From: Vermamoeba vermiformis
Taxonomy: Eukaryota
Assembly (NCBI GenBank): GCA_045837725.1
Contig: JBEWZL010000124.1
Coordinates: 558,001 to 622,000 of the forward strand
Length of the DNA: 64,000 nt
Direction: 5' to 3'
Position 1 is the first letter of the stretch, and each line of letters opens with the position of its first letter. Below the pieces are notes generated by a model that saw only the letters and a program-made list of their open reading frames with translations, was not told where the DNA came from and made no database searches. Below are positions 1 through 15,445 of this stretch, piece by piece. The position numbers were made by a program, and so were the translations under genes.

Positions 1-665
1 GCCGTTTGAATCTTCTTGATTGCTGCTAGAGCGGACGGCTACACCAAGAGTGCCTTGTCGTTGTGCAAGAAACTCGTCAATGGCGCTAAGCAATGCCTCA
101 GAAACTGGATGCGCAAGAATCCGAGCTTTGATATCTTCGCATTGCTGCGAGAAGTCTATTTGAGTGAAAAAGTTAGAAAGCTATTTATAATTGGTATAAA
201 TTTCTTCTTTACATCAGAAAAATTTTTACGGTTCTGAGTTTGAAAAAAGCTAAATTTGTAAAGAAATTTGAAAGTACCTGTAGATCCGTTCTCGGCAGCG
301 GCATTGTTCAACTCTTCGATCAACTCGTCTGCGCCACTGTTGCGGATATGCTCTTCGTATACCCGGGTTGTAACAACGAAGCCAGTCGGAACATCGAATC
401 CGAGAGCTATCAGATTCGACAAGTTCAAGCCTTTGTTGCCCAACAGGCTCGCATCGACTTCAGCAGCCTCTTTGAGTGTAGGAAAGTTAGTAGCAACTGC
501 ATCGATGCGTCGCTGAGGAAGTTTTGGGGTTCGAGCATTGTTGGTACTTCCTCGTCCAAACTTTGATAAGAAGAAGGCACTAACGCCGAGTCCAGCGACA
601 GTAAGTACCTTCTTAATATCAGAGAGTGCGGGAGTGAGTTGAGGTAAGGTTGTATTAGCTTGCAT
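1..665 (-). CDS. PEP/pyruvate-binding (PPDK_N, ATP-grasp) enzyme, PEP synthase/rifampin phosphotransferase-like; 5' part only, runs off the window
   Basis: Exon 665-278 encodes LLGNKGLNL...GFDVPTGFVVTT. After an intron (~277-156), exon 2 encodes VAVRSSSNQED. These are PPDK_N motifs. A hydrophobic stretch (VLTVAGLGVSAFFL) precedes the domain. Confidence 0.8.
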
Positions 666-1131
666 TGGTGACGGTAAGTTGCGATCGGAATGATTGAAAA
701 AAGATGTCGCAGTGAACGTGTATTTAAGGTCGCTTCGGGCATGTGATACGTTCACTGATTTCCTAGATTGACCGGGGTTTGACTTGATTTCAAAAAAATT
801 GGGTAGATCCCCAAAAAATCCCCAAAAATCTTGGTTTGACCCCAAGCGAATTCTATGAAGCCCCAAAATGAAAAAGATAATTTTAGATATTATAAATTAT
901 ATTATTAAGTTCCTAAGCTCGCTAATTTCTGTTTACCAGTTTTTGCCGTAGCGTGCTGCAATCTGCTCAGGTTCTTTTGTAGCTTCTCAATCAAAGAGTG
1001 AGAACGCAGACCCGCTCAATGTCTATAGATAACATCTTTTGACTATTCTGAATTAAACATTGGAGTTGTGTTCAACGTTGGGCATTGTAAATTGTGAATA
1101 ACAATTTGGTATCGTGAACAACAGCTTAATT

Positions 1132-2768
1132 ATGAGCGAGGAATTCACCCAGACATTAACATCATTTGTACTTGAATTAGTTCAAATCAAGTCCGTCAAT
1201 GGTCAAGACTTGGATGGCGAAACAGCTGTCGCAACTCGAATTCATAAAGAAGCAACGAAGTTGGGTTTAGAATCGCAGGTAATTATGAGAATAATTTATT
1301 TAAATAATATCGTCGTAACATAGTTGACTTCTAGAACTTTGAAATAAAAAAATAATATTGACTTATTAAATAAAAGCTCTTAGGCGTAGATCCTCACCGT
1401 CAAAACGTTGTAGTAACGGCTAATATAGACATTATTGTTAATGAATCGAGCTCTCTAGCCTCTCAAAATGAACCCATTGGTCTCATGTTGTTCGTTGGAC
1501 ACATGGATACCGTTGCCATTGGCGATGTAATTAAATTGGTATACCTCCTTATTTACGTTAATTAATATTATATTTTAGAAGTGGACCACGTCTCCTTATG
1601 GAGAAATTCGTGACGGTAAAATTTATGGGCGAGGAACGAGTGATAATAAGGTACAAAGTAACGGTCATGCAGATCTACTTTGCAATTTCTTACAAAGTCT
1701 TAGGCAGGCATCGTATGCGCATTATACGCACTATCTGAGCTACAAAACAGCGATGCACTCGATTTGAGGACGAACACAGGTGCACCAGCCGTTCAAAAAC
1801 GAGCAAAAGCCGTTCTTGCAGGCGTAGTCGATGAAGAAAGTGGAGCTCAGAGTATATTAGGATTGCATTACTTATTATCACATCACTTCGATCTCGTCAA
1901 GGGCTATGTAAGAACTTAATATGATACCCAAGCATCATCTACTAATTGAACACTAGGGTGCGATTTACACTTACCTGAATCAAACGGTGACGATCGGTCA
2001 TCGAGGTCTACAAAGGTATATCGTGGAAGTGACAGGCGAAAGCGTGCATTCGGGAAGCGAGCGATGGAATAATGGCACTGAAGGCGCTAATGCAGTTGCG
2101 GCACTGAGTGAAATGGTGCTTGCACTTGAAGGCGAAAAATGGCCCGAAGATCGAAACGAGAACTTCGGTGAATTGACGTTAAAAGTCACGCCGGGAACTG
2201 TGTTTAACGGAGGAAGCTTTGAAAGTATTGTGCCAAGCAAAGCACAGTAAGTCCAAATTGACGTTTTTGTTCTATTAAAACTAACGATTATAGAATGATA
2301 ATTGATTGTCGTACAATGCCTTCGACAGATATTTCATTCTTGGAAAATAGAATTAAACAAATTGTGCAACAAATTATTGACCGAAGAAATGCCGCGATCA
2401 ACGACAACATTGATAACCAAAATTCGAATGCCAAGAAGAACAAGCTCCAAGCCATAGTTACGAATAAGAACAACTTGCCGGCTGTAGTTATTCCGCAAGG
2501 TCGAGATCATCCTCTTGCACGTGCGTGTGTCAGTGCATTGACGAAGATTGGTCACAAGACCGAGGACATCAAAATCCAAGCGTGTGGACCTGCAAATGAA
2601 TCGTACATGTTAATGACGAAAGGAATACCTACTATTTGTGGATTTGGACCTATTGGAGGCAATCCGCATGGCGCAGATGAATTCGTGGAAATTTCAAGTT
2701 TAGCTGAGACCGTGCAGATTTATCAACAAGTTGTGGTCGATTACATCAAGAATTTACAATGTAAATAG
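1132..2768 (+). CDS. M20 family metallopeptidase (ArgE/DapE-like), multi-exon
   Basis: Spliced exons give GHMDTV, YGRGTSDNK, VVDEESG, IGHRG...GESVHSG and GFGP...HGADEFV. Confidence 0.9.
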
Positions 2769-2778
2769 ATCAATCTCG

Positions 2779-3477
2779 TTACTGCCGAGATTGTAAGTGT
2801 AATATAAAGCCAGGATAGCTCGCTGTTATTTTGTTAGGCACATTACTAAGCAAAATATTGGCCGCACTGAGCATTGATTTTTTCTTGCCTTCAATACACA
2901 CGCTGCGCCAAGATCCTAGTGACTTTCCATTATGTTCTATCTCTATATCAACTTGCTCTATTGACAATGTTTTGCTAGCTTGTGGATCGTTAGGAGAAAG
3001 ATCGCTAAGTCGGATGGACGTTGTCTTTCGTGACTTTTTGAACGTAAATGTTAAATTATCGATTGATTTGCCTTCTAAAAATTTAATACACTCTTCTAAC
3101 TTTGTTTTGAGTTCTGGAGATAATGTTGAAGCGAATTTATGTAATGTTGGAATGACGTCTTCGTTGGATTTGGCAGAGCTTGCTTTTTTCTTCCATAATT
3201 CAACACCAAAATAATCTGAGGGAGCAATTAACATAGATTTAAATAATAACGAATTATTTTGAATTTTACCTGATTCTTTAGTCTTTAATTCGAGCAAGCC
3301 GTTGTTTCCTCCTCGAAATTTTAGTCCAAAATTAGCGTTATTAATATCTATATAATTATCTGTTCGCTTTTCTACTCCGAAACGATCCGCTAAAAAACCC
3401 TTCTTGTACTTTGCGATCTCTGTCCAAACATCAAAGTTGACTGACGACTCGAAGAAAATTCTATACTCTTTGCCCAT
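2779..3477 (-). CDS. CYTH-like (triphosphate tunnel) domain protein
   Basis: N-terminal KEYRIFF, RTDNY, GLKFRG, LELKTK, KKSRK and SVCIEG fit the CYTH pattern. A probable in-frame intron lies at ~3269-3217. Confidence 0.6.
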   Translation of the reverse strand: MGKEYRIFFESSVNFDVWTEIAKYKKGFLADRFGVEKRTDNYIDINNANFGLKFRGGNNGLLELKTKESGKIQNNSLLFKSMLIAPSDYFGVELWKKKASSAKSNEDVIPTLHKFASTLSPELKTKLEECIKFLEGKSIDNLTFTFKKSRKTTSIRLSDLSPNDPQASKTLSIEQVDIEIEHNGKSLGSWRSVCIEGKKKSMLSAANILLSNVPNKITASYPGFILHLQSRQ

Positions 3478-3552
3478 AAGTTGTGCTTGACTTACTTATA
3501 TATTTACAATTGTTTGAATGAAAATTTGTGGAGGTGTTCGCCTTTCAATAAA

Positions 3553-4423
3553 GATAGTCGTCCAACAGTCAGGCGAGGAAAATTTTGCCTTCTTTTTGTT
3601 TTCCTGGCCCACTTTCCAAGGCAGGAAAAAAATTGCAGGATAAATTTACACCGGTAAATAGGAAAATTTACCCACTAGCGATAACGACGAATCCGCCGCA
3701 TGTGGGCTTACTTTTGTTTGTCTGGCAAGAGAAACATTGAGCAGACATGTTATATTAATATACTTTGGCTTGGCACCACGTGTGCATGTCATTAAGGCAA
3801 GTTATTCGTTATGCATCTGTATCTGCTCGAAAAAAAATAAAATTAACATAATTAGGTGCAGTAAAATGCGCAAAATAACCGCTGTAGGTTGCACGTAACG
3901 GTGATCGGAATTATTAACTAAATGGCAATTTTTCTGCGAAGTTTGGCACGAAATGGATGCTTCAGTCCTAACGGCATTTAAAGCAATTATATATTGATAC
4001 ATGATTTAGGGTAGTCCCAGATCAGAGTATTACTGTTACATTTATCCCGTGCGCGATCGAGAGATAAAAGTTGTTGATCGCTGCAGCTAAGTTGGTGAGT
4101 GACGCCGAGGAGCCTTCAACGAGCTTTCCAGTCACGCACTGTATTATTTTCTCTTTGACGACTGAAAAGTAATGACATTGAACGAAGCTTTGGATGGGAC
4201 ACCAGATTGAACGATCCGCTTGTTGCGATAATAATAAAAGTTGTTTAACGTATTAAATAGTAGTATAATGTGCTCATTTAGGTGTTATAAGAGTGATTTA
4301 ACCCCGTGGATGGCAAATTTTGCCTTCTCAATTGGTTAGGCAAATATCCTTGCCTGCCTTGAAAGTGGGCCAGGAAAAAAAATGAAGGTAAAATTTTCCT
4401 CGCCTGACTGTTGGACGACTATC
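3553..4423. mobile_element. Non-autonomous DNA transposon (MITE/MULE- or hAT-like), 871 bp
   Basis: Terminal inverted repeats of ~72 bp: GATAGTCGTCCAACAGTCAGGCGAGGAAAATTTT... at 3553 and its reverse complement ending at 4423. Flanked by the identical 8-bp direct repeat TCAATAAA (3545-3552 and 4424-4431). No transposase ORF. Confidence 0.9.
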
Positions 4424-4451
4424 TCAATAAACTCGCAGCCACGTGTCTTAT

Positions 4452-5344
4452 TTATTTCACATCCATTTCCTTTCGCAAGTGCTTAGCGAGATTTCCTGAC
4501 AAAAACAATAGCTGTCCATTAGGCAGCGTTTGTTGCAGTAGTAAAAGCAGTTCCTCGATCTTCGTCAAAATCTTCAAAAGATTAATAATGCATCTTAAAT
4601 ATGAAATTATGTCTTACCAAATCAATGGTTAGCTGTTGTATCTTAAAATGCTCTAATAGTAGCTTCGGAAATGATTGCAAAAAATGATTGGCCAGCATCC
4701 GGTTCTCGTCTAACTCACAAATGACCGTCCAAGCAATACTATTACGATAATATATTAATATAGCTACGATAGAATACAAATATGTATTTACCCTTGAAAT
4801 TCTCGCCACACGACAATTTTAGGTGCAGCAAACAAATCCGCTTGCGTTGCTCGGAACATGCCTTCAAGTACTGTGCTACGCTCAGTAGAAACTGCTCGTG
4901 TACTAGGAATATATTAATAAGGTACGTATGGTGATTGAAATAATTACTTTTCAGGCTGTGTTTGTTCGCCTCTAATCCGCCTTCGATCCAGTTCCATTTC
5001 TTGTTTGCATTTTACTCGGAACTCGATATCCGATACGACTTTATTAACTATATGCTCTATTCTCCTCGATTTATTTCCGTCGTTGCCTGTCATAATGACC
5101 GTTAATAATCACTTAAAATATTTTCTATAGATCCACGCGGCGTATTTGATCAAAAATATTTTAAATATGTATTATTATGCCATATTTGATTATTGATGGC
5201 ATATTGGATCCTTAATAAGGCTATAGAAATATTCTGAAAAATCGAATGAAAAAGTGTGACGATTGTATTACCTTCTCTATTATAAAAATACGATAAATAT
5301 ACAGTATTACTGTCAGCCGAATGCACTACTATTCCAAAAACCAT
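4452..5344 (-). CDS. AP5S1: AP-5 complex subunit sigma, multi-exon
   Basis: Reconstructed exons give MVFGIVVHS..., GMFRATQADLFAAPKIVVWREFQGIAWTVICELDENRMLA and LQQTLPNGQLLFL. These resemble AP5S1 motifs (GAFRL...VVW...ENLLLA; FLPHGQLLFL). Confidence 0.8.
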
Positions 5345-5583
5345 TTTGTTGCAGATTCGTCAAAAAATTGCCAATTGATCTTTCACCCTTAATACTAATG
5401 GGCTTAAGTATTATACAAATAAATAATATATATTTACAAATAATTATTAGTCATTAACGCGCGGCTCTCTTTTCTCCGTCGCGTTGTTCAGTCAAAAAAT
5501 TGTTTAACTGGCAAATTTATTTTTAATTCGCACCCGACCACCACAATAGAGACCTCCTTTATTATATTAACACTAATATTATA

Positions 5584-9072
<3,489 letters not shown>

Positions 9073-9155
9073 ATATTAATTTGATCCTGCACCAAGGCAA
9101 ATAAATTGGATTTGATTCAATTTTATTTACTAAAATTTACTTTTCTGAACATGTG

Positions 9156-11244
9156 TCAACGTAATTTAGCCTTCTTTATAGGAATGAATTTTGCCTCTTC
9201 AGAACTCCAGTACTCCACTTCAGTGAAGGTTTCATTGTGCCACACATGCAGTAACCTGACATCTTGACTGGTCATTGAAGTGTAGGCATTGTGTTCAGCT
9301 GGTTTTTGCATGGTGAAGTGGATGACCCATGCCTCTTGTGCATTGAGAACCTCTTTGAACTTGACAGCTCTATCAATGTGTTCTTGAATCTTCTCAATAG
9401 GAGCAGTGGCTACTAACTCAAGCAATGTCATGTAACCAGGGTATTTCAACACTAGATTGCAGTATTGTGTATCATTCTTGACATTGATTTCACTGAACAC
9501 TGAGACATCAGAAGGCAGCCAAGTTCTTAGAATAGCAAACAATTCAGTATGGTACACAGCTTCTTGTGGCACAAGGACTGTTGGTAGCCAAGGTACTTGC
9601 ACAATCTTCCCTGAAACTCTTGGTGCTGCTTCAATGACTGCAGAGTTGATACTGGCAATAGCCTGCACTAGCAATTGTCCAACATTAAGTCTTCTCCCAA
9701 TCTGGCCAGGGATGGAATGCCATGGAACTCCAATTGAGGGAATAGGGTGCTTGTCAACTACATTCACACGTTGTAGCAAAAGTAGATGGATGAAAGGTGA
9801 TGGTATTCTGAATGTAGTATTCTTTGGTGGTACTGTTGTCATAGCTCCTTCAGCAGCCAAGTATTTGACCTCATTCCAATTGCCATCAATATCTACTGGA
9901 GCTGTCAGGTTGGGCAAAAACCATTTTCTGAGCACTGCTCTTGCTGCCTTAGTCTTTGGGTCACTCTTTGTTAGAGCTTTCCCTATCCTGATTAAAGTGG
10001 GCCAAGAAGCCACATCAGATAATAGCCTTGACAAGGCATAATCTATCCATGCTTGGTAAGTTGTGATCTGCATGGCAGCAAGTTGTTTGCCAAAAATGCA
10101 AATGAGACCAGGGTGGCCTGCTGTCCTTTCATAGATGTCATCAATGATCTTTGATTCTACTGGGGTGTTGTGTTGTTTGAACAAGTGATGGACTTGTTCT
10201 TTTGTCCAGAATTGAATTTGCATTGGGCTGATGTTGAAAGGAGAAGCAGCTTGACTTGGTAATTCCAGAATGCTGAAGGGTCCAATGCCAATGAAAGATT
10301 GCAGGCAGTATGCCTCTCCTGCTTGCTTGATGGCTTTCAGAGTGTTCACAATTGAGTCAAGCACTTGTTGAGGTGCGTCAAGGAGTGTATCAAATTCATC
10401 AACAAAAAGAACAAATTTCTTTCCAAACAACAGTGTCTGGTTTGCAGATGTGAAAAAGTGTCGAAAATCACTTTGCTGAAGCCATAAGAGGCACCTTGAC
10501 ATGCTTGTTTTCTGCCTGCAAAGCAGCACTGAATTCTTTCCAGAATATTTTGACATTGCTGCTGTTTAAGCCTTGGATTGAAACAGTGAGGCAAATGAAG
10601 TCATCCTTCAACATTTCTTGTGCTCTGAACATTAAGGTTGATTTGCCTGAGGCACAAGGACCATGCAGCATTACATAAGACCCTTTATGAATGTCAGGGA
10701 TGAGAGTCTGCTTAATTTGCAGCTCTGGATCAACATAGCAGTAGTGAAGGCGCTTCTTTGCATCTATGGCTCCATGGATGGGAAGATCTTTCTTTGCAGC
10801 TGGCACTGGAGATTGGGTCACTTTCTGCGAGGATTGTTTGGCCTGTTGTAGTGGCTTGCTTGACCAGAAAGAGCAGACTTTGAGAGAGGAGGGCAATGCT
10901 CTGTTACAACAAGTGAGAACTTATTTATTTGCTTTGCGGAGCTTACTTGCCGAGATCCCTGCGAGAGCGTAATTTGCTCAAGGAACAGAGTTCCAATGGG
11001 TGAACAAGGCGAGCTGTATGTAATATAGTTAGTACACGAACTAGCTGCTGTGTCCTTTCAATTATTAAAATTAATTTGAATTTAATTAGTTTTCTTGCTC
11101 CTTCAAAAAATCACGAGGGCAAAATATTAATAATGTTCCCAAATAATTCAGAACAATACATATTATTAACCTACGAAACTTGCATTTCGATTTCCGCCTC
11201 AGGAATGCACTGGTGAAAATGCAGTGTGAAACTCGCTGGAACAT
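9156..11244 (-). CDS. P-loop NTPase (AAA/STAND-like) with C-terminal PD-(D/E)xK-like nuclease (Crinkler-type architecture); one frameshift at ~10472
   Basis: Walker A GPCASGKST, Walker B FVDEFD and RTAGHPGL. C-terminal EAVYHTEL...CNLVL...LLELVAT...AWVIHFT. Exons 11244-11175, 11013-10947 and 10900-9156 join in phase. Confidence 0.75.
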
Positions 11245-11346
11245 TTGCAAGCCTAAAAATATTGCGTTGTGGTTGGATTCTTCGGCGCCGGGTGTGAAAT
11301 TGTAGGTGTGAGTTATTTACATTTAACGGTAACTCGCTATTAACAT

Positions 11347-12709
11347 CTAGAAGCACTTTCTGTGCACGACTGAGGGCCCAGACTCATCGTACTCTGCCTT
11401 CGAGAGCCACATCTGCGCGTTGCTCGTTATAGAGCCGATGATTGAGCCGCCGATCCAGACCGAATATTTGCGCTCAGGCGGTGCAATAATCTTAATATTA
11501 GCCACTGATGGAGCGAGGGCAGTGATTTCACGCTGCAATCTGTCTGCAAAGCCCGGGAATAAGGTGCTGCCGCCACACAGAACAATGCTGCTGTACAGTT
11601 CTTGGCGGATGGAGGGATCGGTTTTAACGATCGCGTTGTGTACTGTCTCGGCGATACCAGCGCACTCGAGACCATATAAAGAGGGTTGAAATAAGACTTC
11701 GGGGCATCTGAATCGTTCGTTGCCTGAAAATATAAGAAGGGTCGTTAGGAGATTCGTATCTTGGAATTTTAGATCCGTTCAACTTACCCACAGTAACAAC
11801 CTCGCCGGCTGGTAATTCATAGGTCTTTTCTATTATAGACGTTTCAGCAGCTTGTTGCATTGCTACGTCATAGTCTAACGCAACGTAACAGAGTTTTTCC
11901 TTCATATCTCGCGCAATCTCCCGTTCAGCGGTAGTACTGAACGAGATCCCTCGTCCATCGCTCAATATTTTCATTAAATAGTCGGTCAAGTTAAGACCAC
12001 CCAGATCCGTCTTGGTGCACGCATGAGGCAAGGCAAAACCTTCGTAAATTGGCGAGGCTAAACAAAGACCTTCACCGCAGTCTAAAACCACGCCAGTGCC
12101 TCGACCAGATGCAGTTAATGCTAATGTCGCTTGATTGGCGAGGTAATACGCAGGCACGGCGAATGTCTCGAACATGATCTGCGTTGTTTTTTCTTTGTGG
12201 GCACGTGGGTTTGAAGGTGATTCGCTGATTAAGACGGGGTGTTCTTCGGGACTTATACGCAGCTCGTTGTAGAAGGTGTGGTGCCAGATCTTTTCCATAT
12301 CGTCCCAGTTTGTAACGATGCCTATGGAGCTGAAATTAGTAACGTCAAAATCCACCACATCCACCAATTTATGAGATCTTCAAAAATGGTAATAAAAAGC
12401 TATTTTAATATGGCGATAAATTATTTGGTATTTACGACGATGAATTGAATAATTATTATCATCTTTTTTTACGATTTTTTTCATACCATTAACAACGGGG
12501 TATTTATCGACCAATGTGGAGCGTTTGCGTGTAGCCATTTCATCGCCGACATAAGCGTCCTTTTGGCCCATGCCGACCATCACACCGGTGTGGGGAGGAC
12601 GACGTACGATGTTAGGGAAGACCGCACGAGGAGCGTCATCACCAGCAAATCCGGCTTTGACCATGGCAGATCCGCCGTCAATTACGATCGCAGGAAATTC
12701 ATCAGCCAT
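11347..12709 (-). CDS. Divergent actin / actin-like protein, two introns
   Basis: [45 protein letters not shown] and C-terminal VHRKCF. Confidence 0.92.
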
Positions 12710-13238
12710 ATCATATTGTAGTTATGTACAGGCCTGGATTATAGACGAATAATTAATAACGTTGAAAATTTGAAAACGACACAAATCAACCACAAAAATC
12801 CTGGAATTTATCAGAATAGATTCTAAAAATATTGAGCATATTTACGAGCGTATTGATTTCATTATTCTTTTGTTACGGCCATAAAATCAAAACGTTAATA
12901 AATATTTTTCATACCTGACCTTTTAAATGACTTCCTACTGTAAATACAATAGCAGGACTGCGATATAGGTGTACGTCGTGTTATAAGGCTGCTTTGTTGC
13001 TGCGTTTTCCTTTTTTAGATCACGAAAAAGATTCGTAACGGTAAAAATTTTATTTCGTAATAATTTTTGTTCAAACGGCACCACAAATGGCATTTTGGGA
13101 CATACTTCCCGATGCTTTGTACGTAGCATTGATAATTGCAAGCGGATCTGACGTAATTTTAACGTTCAATTCTTTTAAAGCAAAAAGAAAGCACCGAAGA
13201 CATTAAAATTCAAAAAAGATATAAAAAAGGATTCTACT

Positions 13239-14416
13239 ATGGGCACTTATTGGGAACAATTCAAACAGACATTTTCAAAAGCGCCAACAATGCGGTAAAT
13301 TAAAAAATATTAAAAATTATATTTTTTTTGATATGAATTTCAGTCTTTATCGAATCATGCATACTATTAAGCATAGCTATAGCCATATATAATTTATTAA
13401 TACTTTTCTAGCGATGCAATTAAGCTCAAAGACGGATACAGTCGTGACGAATGGCTGGCAATGAACAGTAAGCTTTAAATTCGCTTGAAATTATAAAATA
13501 ATATTTAATTAATCTATTTTTTAGCAATTGAAGCATTTAACACGCTAGTTCTGGTTTACGGTTACGTCAGTGATTTTTGCACGTCGACATCTTGTCCGAC
13601 CATGAACGCCGGTGAAAAGTACGTAAATAAAGCAAGATATACGTCATATATTAATTATAGTGTTAATATTTTTATTTAGGTATCAATATTTATGGGCAGA
13701 ATCTAAGAAAGATAAACCTCAAAAACTGGATGCGCCAAGTAAATTTCAACGTGGTAGTTTAAAATTAATATTATTATACTAATTATACTATATTTAGCAT
13801 ATACGGAAAGATTATTCGAGTGGATTGCAGCGAGGATAGATGATCCATCGATTTTCGTGTCAGGTATATTTCTTGATGTTTCCTTATATGGTAATGACTC
13901 ACCACTGACTAATTTTGCTATTTTTAGACGGAAATTATCCGAAAAAATTCATTTTGACAGTCAAAAAGATATTTACGAGGATGTTTAGAGTGTAAGTTCC
14001 ACGGTGAAACCGTTCAGTGAAAACTTTCGCCCAGATTTCCAACACTATTACCAAATACGGTAATCAATTATAGGAATCATCGCAAGAAAAATGTTTGCAA
14101 AGTAATTTGGAGTTGGATCTGGGTCGAAATATTTTTCACGGTTAAAATTATCGTCTTAAACATTGCATTAATTAACTTCTATTGCCTAATATAGCTATGC
14201 GCATATTTACCGAGAACATTTGACGCAATTGAAAGAACAAGAAGTGAAAGAACACGTGGACAAATGTTTCAAACACTTGTTTTATTTGATAGGTACGAAT
14301 AAGCTCGATATAGTACTATAAAAGGAAATATTAATATTATTACAGACGAATTCCAGTTAGTGAAAGAAATCGAATTTGTGCCAGTGAAAGGACTGATCGA
14401 TCAATTGAAAGAATAA
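13239..14416 (+). CDS. MOB1/phocein family kinase activator, ~8 exons
   Basis: Spliced: DEWLAMN, FCTSTSCPTMNAG, YQYLWA, YPKKF...KKIFTRMFRVYAHIY...H and CFKH. Confidence 0.88.
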
Positions 14417-14859
14417 AAAGCTCTTGATCGCGTCCGAGCGAAAAAAAAATCAATACGTAGCAATTATTTTGTACAAATATAAATTGTATTCTATTTCCCC
14501 ATAAATGGCATGATGAATAATGACTAACGCGCTGCTCGAATGAGCCTGGTACTACCAAAGTATGGTTCCGACAGAGATCGCCCAAAAAAAACCTACAAAC
14601 CTGCTCGTTCTCGGCCCTAAAAATAACGCAGGTATATCCAAGACTAGGCGTACTACTCGCATATTATTATATAATTAATTTCAGTTTAATCAATGACGTT
14701 ACTTCGGACTAAACGAACAGTAAGTGCGATGCTGTCTCGCCAACAATATAATCTCGTTATCGGACAAATATTCTCGTTATTCAATAAATAAATAAATCTT
14801 TTATCTACAAGTGTTCATTGCCCAGGTAGGCACTAGACGGGGAAAGGAAATTTACCAAA

Positions 14860-15445
14860 TCGTCGAAAAATAAAATTTAATTTTAATTGTTGCAAGCAAA
14901 TGCTCTACCGCTTCAGCAATAATTACATTCTTTATTGATTACCATTTAATAATTGCGGATCTAGCAATTTTATTTTCCTGCTTCTCGCTTCCATTCGTCC
15001 CAAACCTCTTCCAAATTCCTCCAATGAGCTGGAACTGGAATATTATGTTGAAGGCACAGCTCTATTGCCTCACCTCCGCCCATATGGACTACTTCGGTCG
15101 TTCCGTCTTCGTACTCGAGAAGTGTGTCTGGATGTTGACAAGGTTCCGATCGATGGCAAATTCCTCTCGGGGTGATGCTCTTTAATTTTTTTCCACTAGT
15201 GACTGACATGTTGTTGTTGCTTATGAGTGATAAAGGAGTAAAACTTCGGTTACTTTTTAAAGATTAGTTTTTTAGCTTTACCAAATACGGTTTAATTTGG
15301 TTATTTTCAGAGAAAAAAAAATTTTTAGAACCCCACGTTGGGTTTTTTTTTTTTTTTTTTTTTTTTTTTGGCAAATGCTGGGGCGTATCAGCGCTTCAAG
15401 TAAAAGTCGTTGTGTTATTACTATAAAAGAACAAAGACCTTAAGT
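14860..15445. repeat. Segmental duplicate (gene plus flanks) of ~17630-18150
   Basis: Flanks match closely, e.g. TTATGAGTGATAAAGGAGTAAAACTTCGGTTACTTTTTAAAGAT and AAAAGTCGTTGTGTTATTACTATAAAAGAACAAAGACCTTAA. Confidence 0.85.
14970..15209 (-). CDS. Small intronless Cys/His protein, copy 1 (79 aa)
   Basis: ATG-to-stop ORF conserved with the paralogues at 17752 and 18314; motif GICHRSEPCQHP. Confidence 0.75.
   Translation of the reverse strand: MSVTSGKKLKSITPRGICHRSEPCQHPDTLLEYEDGTTEVVHMGGGEAIELCLQHNIPVPAHWRNLEEVWDEWKREAGK

Noticed and set aside
3630-4350. Transposase remnant inside the TIR element
   Set aside because: Only short ORFs with no DDE or other recognisable motif.
9457-10041. 194-aa + strand ORF
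   Set aside because: Antisense to the NTPase-nuclease gene, with no recognisable motifs.
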